Source: an uncultured Phycisphaerales bacterium (GTDB lineage: Bacteria > Planctomycetota > Phycisphaerae > Tepidisphaerales > Tepidisphaeraceae). Taken from it: 64,000 nucleotides of DNA. The first letter of the stretch is position 1. Each line of letters starts with the position of its first letter. Below the pieces are notes generated by a model. That model was not told the origin of the DNA and searched no databases. It saw only the letters and a list, made by a program, of their open reading frames with translations. Both the position numbers and the translations under genes were made by a program. Where the stretch lies: contig CAWJPJ010000007.1 of NCBI GenBank assembly GCA_963844715.1, forward strand, positions 704,001 through 768,000. Reading direction: 5' to 3'. This document shows, piece after piece, positions 53,034 through 64,000 of the stretch.

Positions 53034-54079
53034 GCATCTTTAGAGATGTCATATCAATAACAAACCGATACCTCACATCGCTCCGAATCACCCGTTCATA
53101 CGCTTCATTCACTTTCTGGATCGGGATGACTTCGATATCGCTCACGATCTTGTGTTTCCCGCAGAAATTCAGCATTTCCTGCGTCTCGGCGATTCCGCCT
53201 ATCGCCGACCCCGCCAGGCTCTTTCTTCCGCCGATGAGTGAAAACGCCGCGACCGACGCCGGCTTTTCCGGCGCAGCCCACCTGCACCATCGCCCCGTCC
53301 ACTTTCAGCAGCTTGATGAACTGATTCCAATCCACGTCCGCCGAGATGGTGCTGATGATCAGATCAAATCCCCGCCGCAGCTTCGTGAAGGTCTGCGCAT
53401 CGCTGGTGGCGAAGAAATGATCCGCCCCGAGCCGCTTGGCGTCGTCCTGCTTGCGCATTGAATGACTCAGCACCGTCACTTCCGCCCCCAGCGCATGGGC
53501 CAACTTCACGCCTATATGCCCCAGCCCGCCGAGTCCGACGATCGCCACTTTCTTCCCCTTCTCGGCCTTCCAATGCACCAGCGGCGAATACAACGTGATC
53601 CCCGCGCAAAGCAGCGGCGCGCTCGCATCCAGCGGCAAACTCGCCGGGATCCGCAAAACATAATCCTCGTTCACCACGATCTTGTCCGAATATCCCCCAT
53701 ACGTCGGCGTCCCGTCATACTCCCGCGCGTTATAAGTCAGCACCGCCCCCACGTCGCAATACTGCTCCAGCCCCTTCCTGCACTGCTCGCACTTCCGGCA
53801 CGAATCCACAAAACATCCCACCCCCGCATGATCCCCAACCTTGAACTTTGTCACGCCTTTGCCCACGCCCGCAACCACGCCGGCGATTTCATGCCCCGGC
53901 ACCATCGGAAAAATCCCCTCGCCCCATTCATCCCGAGCCTGATGAATATCCGAATGGCAAATCCCGCAGAATTTGATGTCGATCAGAACATCCTTCTCGC
54001 GCGGCTCCCGCCTCTCAAATGCGAAATCAGCAAGAGGAGCGTTGACCTTGGCGGCGGCGTAGCCTTTGGTTTTAAGCAT
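53029..54079 (-). CDS. NAD(P)-dependent zinc alcohol dehydrogenase (CAD family); frameshift near 53275
   Basis: CGICHSD, GHEI, CRKCEQC, LLCAGIT, GLGGLG, RYRFVID. Confidence 0.93.
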
Positions 54080-54214
54080 GATGGTTTTCTCCGATGGCCA
54101 TTTTAGTCCGCCCGTTGCAAAAGTCAGAATTGCTTGGTCAATGCGTCCGCAAGCGTTAACATCCCAAACAAAGGCGGCCGGGTCGTACCATCTCAACACA
54201 ATCGACGGTGACGC

Positions 54215-55851
54215 ATGTCGCAGTTGAAGCTTTCCATCGGTCTAGCGGCGTTTTGCCTCGCGCTCCTCGCCAATGCCGTAATCGTCCGCGCTGACGTCCC
54301 GACCACAGAGCCGACGACCCAGCCTTCCACCCAGCCTTCTGACACCCAACTCCAACCTCTCGTCCAGATGCTCGGCGATCCCGATCCCACCAATTGCGAT
54401 GCCGCCCAAATCATCTTGCTTGCCCAGCCGCTGGCACTCCCTTCTTACCAGGCTGCGTTGAAAGCCGGCGGACTGACCGACGCCTCGAAAAAGCGGCTCT
54501 TGCACATCGTCGACGTGCTTCAGCCCGGGTACGCCCGCGCTGCCGCCGCTGGCAGGCTCTTCAGGACCGAATCGCCTGGGCCACGCAATCCGATCTCCAG
54601 GCCTATCACACGATCGGAAGCCACGACCCCAAATGGGATTCACAGGTGGAAAGCGCCATCGAAAGCTATGTCCTCCAGGCCGACTCCGCTAACGAAAATC
54701 GCAAGCACATTTCTTCTCTTTGCCAAGCCGCAATATCCGAGGGATGCAAGGATCCCTTTGTTGTTTTCATGCAGGCGTCTTGCGACGCCCACCTCGGCCC
54801 GCGCCGCGATTCGAATTTGCACGACGCCTTCCTCAATGCCGCCGACGGATTGCTCAAAAGCCAATATCCCTCGATCTTGCGCACCGGCGGCACCGTCGAT
54901 GTAGTTCAGTATTATCCCATTCTCGACCAGGACCAGAACCCCGATTCCTGGGCCAACACCCGTAGCATGGCCGACGCCGCCCTCGCCTTGCTCCCGCAAG
55001 CCGCCAAGGATCCCACCATGCCGAAGGTCCGCATTTACACATGCGCCACCGGCCTCTTCAATATTTACAAATCCCTCTTCAAGGACGAGAAGCAGGCCTT
55101 CGACACCGTCTTCCCGGTCCTCCAGTCCTGCCTCCCCAATGATCCCTCACCGCTTCTCTTCAAAGGAAGTTTCTATACTAACTACGCCTGGACCGCGCGC
55201 GGTAACGGCGTCGCCTCCACCGTAAGCGATGCCCAATCCAAGTTATTCCAGGATCGCCTGCAAATCGCTGCCGATGCCGAACAGCAGGCGTATCAAATGA
55301 ATCCAGACGACCCGCGCGCTCCCACGCAAATGCTCACAGTCGAACTCGGCCAGGGCAACGGCCGCCAGGTCATGGAAACCTGGTTCCAGCGCGCCGTGTC
55401 CGCCGATCCGGACAATTACGAAGCCTGTTCGAAAAAAGCCTACTACCTCGAGCCCAAATGGTACGGCTCGCCCGAGGACATGCTGCAATTCGGCCGCGAA
55501 TGTTTCGCGACGGAAAACTGGAGTTGCCGCATTCCCCTCGTCTTAGGCGACGCCCGCGCCACCCTGGCCCGCTACCAATCCGATTCCGCCGCTTATTTTC
55601 GCGACCCCGCCGTTTGGGCGGACATCGACAAGTCCTATTTCGATTACCTCCTGGCTCACCCGAACGACTACGTTGCCCGCAGTTACTACACCCTCCTTGC
55701 CTGCAAATCCCGGCAATGGTCCATCGCGCGCGACCAGTTCACCACACTTGGCAACCACGCCGTCTACCGCACCTTCGGCGGCAAACAGGCGTATCTGAAT
55801 TATCTATCCCAGGCTGAGCAACAAGCCGTGCCCACGACCGAAGATCGCTAA
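54215..55851 (+). CDS. Secreted DUF4034/TPR-like protein; frameshift near 54545
   Basis: Signal peptide, TTQP repeats, YAWTARGNG.ASTV...FQDRL, YLEPKWYGS. Confidence 0.7.
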
Positions 55852-56212
55852 GCCGAAGACACCGCTCGCACCGTCGCGTATTGTTGAGACAAGCGCAAAT
55901 GGACCAACCAAAACTTCACATTGCCGCTGTCGATGCGCGAATCCCCGATGCGGCCGAGTCGTGCGATTCAGCAACTTATTTAACCTTCGCTTTTACAGCA
56001 TATTAACGCGAATTGTTGTTTTCTTTTTTGCCCGATCTGATGCCTGGGCGACGGCGACCATATTTCCAGCTTCGCATGCCCTAAAATTCCCAGATGCAAG
56101 GAAGTTACAATGCGGTGCCGTTTTTTCGAGGGAAGTTTTCGAAAAGTGCCTATCTCAAGCTAAACTCTTTCGAAAAATGGGCGTCGAGATGGGGCACTGT
56201 TGAGGTACATCA

Positions 56213-57231
56213 ATGAAAGCATTCATTAGCTGGTCGGGCCAACAAAGCAAAGCAATCGCCATCGCCTTAAAGAACTGGATACCTGACGCAATGCAACAAG
56301 TGGACGTTTGGATGTCCGAGCACGACATAGATGCCGGGTCAAGGTGGGGCAATGAGCTATCGTCCATGTTGGAGGAAGCTAATTTCGGAATCATCTGTCT
56401 TACCGCAGAAAACCAGAATGCGCCATGGCTTCTGTTCGAGGCTGGCTGTCTTGCAAAGGCGTCAAAAGTTGCGCGCGTCGTTCCATATCTCTACGGATTG
56501 TCGCCAACCGATGTGCGATATCCATTGGCGCAGTTTCAGGGCGTGACCGCAACAAAGCCCGGTACTTTGAAGCTCTTGCAGAGCCTAAACGAGGCAGGAA
56601 AGTTCGGAATGACAACGGAACGGCTATCCAAATCCTTGGAACAATGGTGGAAAAATTTGGCGATGGAATTCTCGAAAATTTCTGTCGACCCGCAGGTCCA
56701 TACGGCGATCCGGTCAGAGAGGGACATATTGGAAGAGCTTCTTGGACTTGTCCGCAACAGTCTCAGAAGTCGAGCGCCAAAAACTATGCGCCCGGCAGAA
56801 ACCCTAACGGTTACGGTCGATACCAGTAAGTACTTTAAAGAGGGACCGGTGGTTTCAGTCGCATATGATGCGGGCACTACGGTGTCGCAGTTTCTCGACA
56901 GTGTCTTTTTTGCGATGCATGATGTCGGAGATGTCAAGGCTTTCCAATATGGAATCGAGTGGCTTTTGCAGGACCAAAGGACAGGGCGCACCTACGATGA
57001 CATTGGAATCGAATATTGTCGTACCTTGGGTGCTGCGCGGACGAAAGAGAGATTGCTTCAGTGGGCATCAACCCTGGGGACAGATTTGAAGTTGTTCGCA
57101 CTCCGGCGGCGCAAACCGGTAAGGGTCGGAAACCACTGCCTCTCAAAAGACGCTGGGATGGTCCGCAAGAATTTCGGCACGCAGATTCACAAACATCGGC
57201 CGTGCAAGCGGATACGGGCAACCTAGAGTGA
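56213..57231 (+). CDS. TIR domain protein with probable C-terminal ubiquitin-like domain; frameshift near 57040
   Basis: KAFISWSG, WMSEHDIDAGSRW, FGIICLT, WLLFEAG; alternative frame gives DEREIASVGINPGDRFEVV. Confidence 0.85.
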
Positions 57232-57256
57232 GAAATATGGCAGGATCTCATGGGGC

Positions 57257-58725
57257 TTATCGCCTCTTCTTCTTATTCCGATCCTTCTTCTCCATAAACC
57301 CAGACTTCTTCGTCCTCAATTGCGGCCCCCCTGGCATCCCCAGGGAACTCAATCCCCCCGACATCAAATTCTTCATCAGCTTCATCTTCCCCATCATCCC
57401 CATCCCGCCCACGGCTCGCATCATGTCCCGCGCCCCCTCGAACTGCTTGATCATCTGCCCGACTTCATTCAGCGGCACTCCCGCTCCCGCCGCGACGCAC
57501 CGTCTTCGCCCTGAATCCAATAGGTCCGGCTTCTTCCTTTCCTGATGCGTCATCGAATCATAAATCGCCCGCATGTGGACCATCTGCTTTTCAACATCCC
57601 CATCGTTCATGTTGACTTGTTTCGTCAACTCGCCCATCCCCGGAATCATCCCCATCACTTTCCCAATCGGCCCCAGTTTTTTGATCTGCGTCATCTGAGC
57701 CATGAAATCGTCGAGGGTGAACTGCCCCTTCTCCATCTTGGCCGCCAGACGCGCGGCCTCGTCGGCGTCCACCTTCTGCTGCGCCTCGGTCACCAGCCCG
57801 ATGATGTCCCCCATGCCCAGGATGCGCGACGCCATCCCCTCGGGGCGAAATTCTTCCAGCGCATCCAGCTTTTCCCCCACGCCCAGGAATTTGACCGGTT
57901 TCCCCGTGACCATCTTTGCCGATAGCAGCGCGCCGCCGCGTGTATCGCTGTCCAGCTTCGTGAGGATCAATCCGTCGAGTTCGAGTTGCTCGTTAAATGC
58001 CTTGGCGCTATTGACGGCGTCCTGCCCGCTCATGCTGTCCAGCACCAGATAAATCTGCTGCGGCTGCAACTGCGAATTGATATCCCGCAGTTCCCCCATC
58101 AGCGCATCGTCGATGTGCAATCGCCCGGCGGTGTCCAGAATCACCACATCGCGCCGGAGGTTTTCGCCTGCGCGATCGCCGCCCGGCAAACCGCCACCGC
58201 CGCCCCGCGCGAAACCTCCCCATGCGGCGCCACTTTCGAATCGTCCGCATAAATCGGCACATCCACCTGCTGCGCGATCACCCGCAACTGCTCGACCGCC
58301 GCCGGCCGCTGCAAATCCGCCGCCGCGAGCATCGGCTGATGCCCCTTGCTTAACAGATACTTCGCAAGCTTTCCGCACGTCGTCGTTTTCCCCGATCCCT
58401 GCAGGCCGCACATCATGATCAATGTCGGCCCCGGCTGAACCAAATAAATCCGCGTATCAACCGGCCCAAGCAGATTCAAAAGCTCGTCGTAGCAAATCTT
58501 GACCATCATCTCGCCGGGCCGAACGCTCTTGATCACTTCCTGCCCGACGGCTTTTTGAATCACGTGGTCGATGAAATCGTTGACGACCTTGAAATTGACG
58601 TCCGCCTCCAGAAGCGCCGTGCGCACGTCGCGCATCGACTCGCGGATATTCTCCTCGCTGATCCGCCCGCGCCCCGACAGGCTTCGGAAGACGCTCGAAA
58701 ATCTATCCGTTAATGCATCAAACAT
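57257..58725 (-). CDS. ffh: Signal recognition particle protein; frameshift near 58165
   Basis: [32 protein letters not shown], Met-rich M domain. Confidence 0.96.
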
Positions 58726-58732
58726 GGTGAAA

Positions 58733-58804
58733 TAGTTGCCAGTTGTTAGTTACCAGTTGCCAGTCAACGCCGTCGTCTTTTCTTCACCGGCAACGGGCAA
58801 CTAA
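58733..58804. repeat. GCAACTG-type heptamer repeats in inverted arrangement upstream of ffh
   Basis: TAGTTGC CAGTTGT TAGTTAC CAGTTGC ... GGCAACGGGCAACTA. Confidence 0.7.
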
Positions 58805-58817
58805 GCCGGAGTTTAGC

Positions 58818-60436
58818 TCACCCGATGAGCTTCTTCAAAAACCCGCTCTTTTTCTTTGGCTTATCGCCGACAATCCACTGGTTCAGCGTGTGCTGCCAGT
58901 GCCGATACTCGGCAAATTGCTTTTTGGTGATGCCGATCCCCAATCGCCGCGCCAAATCCTCCGCCAGCGGGGTTTTCCCGCCCAGAATCGGCGCAGCGCG
59001 CCCTCCTCCCGCCGCGCCAGCAGGCTCAAGTATCTCAGGGCATGATTTCGCAGCGGGAGTTTCCCCTTGTAGCGCCATTCCTGGTCGATTTGCACCAGAG
59101 TTTTCCCGTCGTCGATCAGGTTCCGGGGATGACAATCAAAAAACTCCGGCTTGATCAGCGAGTCGTAAACATCCTGCGGATTCTTCTCAAGCAGCCCATT
59201 TTCCACGACAAATTCCAGCCACCGTCCCAATCCCGCCATCGCCGCGCCCAAACCCCGACTGTGAAGATGAGCGCATATTTGCGCCTCCAGCAGCGTTCCC
59301 GCCTGATACGCCTCTTCGTCCGGAACCAGCTCGATCTCCACCCCGCGCGGCGGCGGGGCGTTCGTCAGGCGCGACTTGCGCACCACAATCCGCCCCGAAG
59401 CGTCCCGCGCGATCTCAGTTTGCGTATTAAAGCAATCCCGCCTCTCCATCGTGTATCCGACGGCAAGCAGGTTATTATCCGCCATTTTCGACGCATCCCC
59501 GGCCAACACCAGAAACGAATTCGCCAAATCCGGAATCAATCCATTTCGATGCAGCACCGGCCAGATTCGCCGCTCGTCGGCCGCGAATTTCGTCGCAGCG
59601 CCGTCGTGCGTCGGCTCGATCCCGCGCAAAATCGCCGCCGGATCAAAATCCGCCGCCTCAAACGCCCCCTGCGTCAAAATCCACTTCGGCAATTTGTAAT
59701 CCGGGAACGGATATTGGAAATTCAGTTCTCCAAATCCGGCTTCGATCAGCAGCCGCGTCAATTCCCCTTTTCCCAAAGTTCTCGGCCCCTGCTCTTTGTA
59801 TAAATCCTGAATCCCATCGAACGCATGCCCCGTATGATCTTCCGGGCCGCCGCAAAAATATTTCAGCCCAAGCTGGTTTTCGATCGCCAGCACCAGAACC
59901 CCATCCGACCTCAAAACCGATCGCACCAGCCGCAGGCATTCCAGCATCGGATTTTCCGATTTGAAATAAACCGGCGCATATTCGAGCACGCCGATCAGGG
60001 TCACCAGGTCGAATTGCTCGTCCGACTCAAATTCCTGGAAATTCCCGCACGCGACGCGGACATTTGTTAAATCCCGAACCCGCGCCGCCGCGCACGCCGC
60101 CCGCGCCGGGCTGCCCTCGATCGCGATCACGTCGCCGCCGCTCTCGCCCAATTGCCGCGTGATCGCTCCGCACCCTGCGCCCAGTTCGAGAATCTTCTGC
60201 CCCGACGCGATGCGCAAATGCCGCAGCAGATTGTGCCGCCGCGGCGAAAAGTGATACATCGTCGGCCAGTTGACTATCCCCCTTCGCAATTCGCCCGAAA
60301 AACAACTCAAATCCTGGCTGCCGCGCAGAATCTGAAGCATCTGCCGCTCCAATTCCGCGCCATCGCTGTAATCGAAGTGATCCTGCGACTTATGCATCCA
60401 CACACCCGAACCAGGATCAAAGGAATATCCGCGCAT
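58818..60436 (-). CDS. SAM-dependent methyltransferase, polysaccharide-associated type; frameshift near 58990
   Basis: YHFSPRRHNLL, LELGAGCGAITR, IGVLEY, AIENQLGLKYF, YPFPDYKLP, ANSFLV. Confidence 0.85.
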
Positions 60437-60477
60437 GCCGGCGAGGTCCCGATTCGGAATCTTACCCGATTGATCGT

Positions 60478-61512
60478 TCAGGACCACCAAAGCCGCGGTA
60501 AAGAGGTGAGAGTGAACCACGCCAGCGACCGCAAATTCGCCGACGTCCGGCGCAATTCCGCCCGTTTTCCCCGTTCCCAGTGGCTCAACCAGCGCAGGCT
60601 CAAAATGCCCATCCGCACGGGCATATCAACCGTCGTCGCCAGTTTATAAAACCACGCCGATCCCCGGCCATGATGTTTCCGTAAATATCTCGCCCACCCG
60701 CAGAAATATCCGCGATTCACCAGGCACCTGTTCGCGCGCGAACTAACCCGCCCGAAATGCTGGATTTCCGCGTCGGGGAGATAATAAATCGTCCCCAGCT
60801 TTGCGAGACGAACGCACAAATCCACGTCCTCGACCCCGAATTCATACCCCTCGTCAAATCCGCCGCACTCCTCGAATACGCTTCGGCGGATCGCCACGCA
60901 CGCCGCATCAACTTGCGGCACAGGCCCCTCGCAACCCGGATCGGGCTCCGTCTTTCGATATTGCTTATACGCTCGCCGCGACACGCGCATCCATTTGGTC
61001 ACATGCAGCGAATGCAACACCGCCGCGAGATTGGGAAGATTCCGCCCCGAACTCTGCGGCCGCCCCTCCCCATCCAACATCTTCGGGCCCACCGCCACGA
61101 CCTGGGGATGAGTCGTCAAAAACTCGAGCAGCTTCTGCATCGCCCCCGGCAGCATCACCGTGTCGTTGTTGAGCAGGAGCAGGATCGGCGCCTCCGCCTC
61201 CCTCGCGGCCTGGTTGTTGGCGCGCCCGAATCCACGATTTTCAGAGTTTTGAATCAATCGGACCCGCGGAAACTCGCTCTCCACCATCGCCGCCGATCCG
61301 TCCCCCGATGCGTTATCAATGATGATTGTTTGTATTCGAAGGTCCCCCCGGTTTTTGTCGATCGACAGAAGGAGGTCTCGCAGCATCTCCCCGCCGTTCC
61401 AATTGACGATCAGCACCGCAAGATCGAAAACCTCCGCGATCGGCGAAACAACACTGCTCCCATCGCCAGTTTGGTTTGCCCCTTTTAGCTCAACTGGTTC
61501 GGTAATGCTCAA
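60478..61512 (-). CDS. Glycosyltransferase family 2 (rhamnosyltransferase WbbL-like)
   Basis: IVNWN, IDNASGDGS, NRGFGRANN, LLNND, GGFDE, EDVDLC. Confidence 0.9.
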   Translation of the reverse strand: MSITEPVELKGANQTGDGSSVVSPIAEVFDLAVLIVNWNGGEMLRDLLLSIDKNRGDLRIQTIIIDNASGDGSAAMVESEFPRVRLIQNSENRGFGRANNQAAREAEAPILLLLNNDTVMLPGAMQKLLEFLTTHPQVVAVGPKMLDGEGRPQSSGRNLPNLAAVLHSLHVTKWMRVSRRAYKQYRKTEPDPGCEGPVPQVDAACVAIRRSVFEECGGFDEGYEFGVEDVDLCVRLAKLGTIYYLPDAEIQHFGRVSSRANRCLVNRGYFCGWARYLRKHHGRGSAWFYKLATTVDMPVRMGILSLRWLSHWERGKRAELRRTSANLRSLAWFTLTSLPRLWWS

Positions 61513-61707
61513 GGTCTGTCTACTAAACGCCGGCACATCGCGTTTTATTCTGCGGTAAGTCGATACGTTGCTGCCCACGACAATCTTAACGCGCCGAGCC
61601 CCAATCCCAAAACACCCAAAATTCGCGAATTTCGAAGCATTTCCCCAGGCTGGCGGCAGGTCCGATTTTTTCCGTTTTTTGCCGACTTTTGGTATTCTAA
61701 TCAGCCA

Positions 61708-62340
61708 ATGCGCTGTCCGTTTTGCGATGCCGAAAAGGAAAGCCTGAAGGTCATTGACTCCCGCACCTGCGACGGGGGCAAGGCCATCCGTCGCCGCCGG
61801 GAGTGCATTCGCTGCCAGAAGCGGTTCACGACTTACGAAAAGATCGAACCCAATGTCCGGCTGAGCGTCATAAAGAAGGACGGCCGCCGCACCCCATGGG
61901 ATCAAAAGAAGATTTACCTGGGCCTGGAGCGGGCCTGTTTCAAACGACCCGTGCCACAAAGCGAGCTTCAGCGCATTGTCGACGAAGTCGAGGACGAGGT
62001 TTTTAAAACCTACGACCGCGAAGTACCATCGACGGAAGTCGGCCGCCTGGTCACCGAGCGTCTTCGCCGGGTGGATCAGGTCGCATACGTGCGATTTGCC
62101 AGCGTCTACAAGCAGTTCAAGACGCTGGAGGAATTGGTGGAAGAGGCCCGGGCGGTTATCGACGCGCGGCGATACGAAGACCCGACCCAGGGCCGCCTGT
62201 TTATCGACCCGAAGGCGCCGCCCGCCGAGCCCGAAGCCGAGCCCGCCGATGCGGCATCCGGGGGCGCCGCCGCGGGTGAAAAACCCCGCCGCGCTTCCCG
62301 CCGTGCGGCTCCGGCGGACGCCGTTCCCACCCAGGTTTGA
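61708..62340 (+). CDS. nrdR: Transcriptional repressor NrdR
   Basis: MRCPFC, VIDSR, IRRRREC..C.KRFTTYE, ATP cone, VAYVRFASVY. Confidence 0.96.
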   Translation: MRCPFCDAEKESLKVIDSRTCDGGKAIRRRRECIRCQKRFTTYEKIEPNVRLSVIKKDGRRTPWDQKKIYLGLERACFKRPVPQSELQRIVDEVEDEVFKTYDREVPSTEVGRLVTERLRRVDQVAYVRFASVYKQFKTLEELVEEARAVIDARRYEDPTQGRLFIDPKAPPAEPEAEPADAASGGAAAGEKPRRASRRAAPADAVPTQV

Positions 62341-62356
62341 GCTTTGGATTCGATTA

Positions 62357-62385
62357 TCAAGCCCCAGAAGCAAATGGTCCGATAA
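62357..62385 (+). promoter_or_regulatory. Sigma-28-like promoter TCAAG-N16-TCCGATAA upstream of the flgI-like gene
   Basis: Direct motif match; GGAGG RBS follows. Confidence 0.55.
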
Positions 62386-62403
62386 TTCCCGGAGGCGAGC
62401 CTC

Positions 62404-64000
62404 ATGCAGTACCCAATCCGATATCGCGCCGCCGCCGGGACTTTCCTGTGCATCCTGGCGACCGTTATTGCTCCGGGATGCAAATCCCCCGCGCCCCCTC
62501 CGCCTCCCTCCCAGCAGCCCAAATGGCCGACCCTACCGATGGCCCAGGTTCCCAGCTTCATGCATGGAACCATCCTTGAACGTGTCCGCTTCGGCGGCAT
62601 CGAGCCCCTTTCCGTCTTCGGATACAGCCTCGTCGTCAACCTTCACGGCACCGGCGACAGCACCGCGCCCTCCTGGGTTCGCGAATACATAGAGAAAGAA
62701 ATCCTCATTCACGGGTTCGGTAGCGCCCAAATGCACAAATACGCCACCATGACTCCGGGCGAGATCCTCGACGATAAACGCGTTGCCATCGTGATCGTCG
62801 AGGGTAGGATTCCCGTCGGCATCCATGAAGGCGACCCATTCGACGTCATCGTCCGCGCCCTTCCCCGCAGCTACACCACCAGCCTTGCCCACGGCGATCT
62901 TTACGAAACACCGCTCAGCGAGCATGGCCTCCAGGATCCCACCGGCACTGGCGCCCATCCCGAAGCCGTCGTCGCGGGCGGGCAAGTTTTCGTCAATCCG
63001 GCCTACGCACTTTCTGAGGGCAATCCCGGCGTTCCCGGGGCTCGGGCCAGCCTTCGCGTCGGCACCGTCCTGGACGGCGCGATCGCGAAATACACGCGCC
63101 CCATCTATCTCCAATTGCGTCAGCCCCAGGCCAGCGCGTCTCGCCGAATCGAGGAACTCATTCAGCGCCGCTGCGCATGGCACTTCTCCCATCGATCCCA
63201 GCGCCGACCGCAGCAAAGTCGTCGCTGCCGCACAGGATGAGGGACTCATCGAAATTTTCGTTCCCGACGAATACAACGGCGACTGGCAGCATTTCGTCGG
63301 CGTCGTCTCCCACATGTATCTCGATGACGCCCCGGAATTCGTCGTCGCCAAAGCCAGGGAACTGGTTGAAGAAGCCCATAAGCCCGGCGCGAAATTGACG
63401 GATATATCCCTCTGCTGGGAAGCCATGGGCCCCGACGCCCTCGCCATTTACCAGCCGCTGATTTCCGATCCCGATCCGAACATCGCGTTTGCCGCCGCGC
63501 GCGCGGCCGTCTTCATGGGCGATGAGCCGTCCCGCCTGGCCCTGCTGGAAATGGCCGCTGATTCCACTAATCCCGAGCAGATGGAAGCCGTCCGGACTCT
63601 CGGCGACCTCCCCAGCACCCCCGAAACCCGCCACATGCTCCGAACCCTGCTCGACAGCGACCGCGCCGAAGCGCGCATCGAGGCCTATCGAATCCTGGCC
63701 GATTCCGGCGAAGGAATTATCACCCATACTATCGGGGACAATTTCTTCCTCGATATCGTCGAAAGCGACGGACCCCCGATGGTCTACGCCACCACCACCG
63801 GCGTCCCGCGCCTCGCCATCTTCGGCCATGATCTGACCCTGGAAACTCCCCTCACCTTTATGGCGATGGACGACCGCCTGAGCATCTCCTCCAGCGACGA
63901 CTCCCGGCTCCTGACCCTCTTCTACCGCGATCCGCAGCGCCTCCAGCCGATCGACGTTTTAAGCCACAACGACCTGGTGGAAATTCTCGCCCGCCTCGGT
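62404..64000 (+). CDS. FlgI (P-ring)-like lipoprotein with HEAT repeats, runs off the window end; frameshift near 63175
   Basis: APGC lipobox, VFGYSLVVNLHGTGD, VAIVIV, GDPFDV, TSLAHGDL; downstream HEAT-like helices. Confidence 0.75.

Noticed and set aside
58726..58817. SRP RNA next to ffh
   Set aside because: No SRP helix-8 signature; the region is explained by heptamer repeats.
61513..62373. N-terminal extension of the 631 aa GT2 ORF
   Set aside because: Antisense shadow of nrdR plus intergenic DNA.
817..63240. Widespread frameshifts interpreted as pseudogenisation or programmed recoding
   Set aside because: They hit housekeeping genes (ffh, purB, rho, fumC), are single-base indels often in homopolymer or GC runs, and come with no nonsense decay. 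This is typical of long-read error. Only the two IS slippery sites fit known programmed frameshifts.

Overview
GC-rich bacterial chromosomal segment, most consistent with a planctomycete (probably Phycisphaerae/Tepidisphaerales, inferred from gene types, VPLP-CTERM, a FlgI-HEAT protein and AATGACG repeats). More than 20 genes, including housekeeping ffh, purB, rho and fumC, carry single-base frameshifts, which points to uncorrected long-read errors rather than gene decay. Housekeeping content includes purB, pheA, serC, sdhB, tsaB, rho, fumC, ffh, nrdR and a partial dcw cluster (UDP-GlcNAc pyrophosphorylase, murE-murF-mraY-[lectin]-ftsW). There are two intact IS elements: an IS5 that disrupts a methyltransferase and an IS630 in a stop codon. 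Most notable: (1) an AcpXL-like type II FAS/PKS operon (fabZ-ACP-fabZ-inactive KS-active KS) translationally coupled to an SsuABC-like importer; (2) a solitary low-GC TIR gene with a probable ubiquitin-like C-terminal domain hidden by a frameshift; (3) a small protein with tandem D/E-RR repeats and a YTGPERR motif, a candidate c-di-GMP receptor; (4) a recurring TCA(A/G)G-N16-TCCGATAA sigma-28-like promoter upstream of ftsW, the flgI-like gene and a large secreted protein; (5) heptamer-built palindromic repeats, one copy translated in frame inside a membrane protein. No tRNA, rRNA or CRISPR array was seen.
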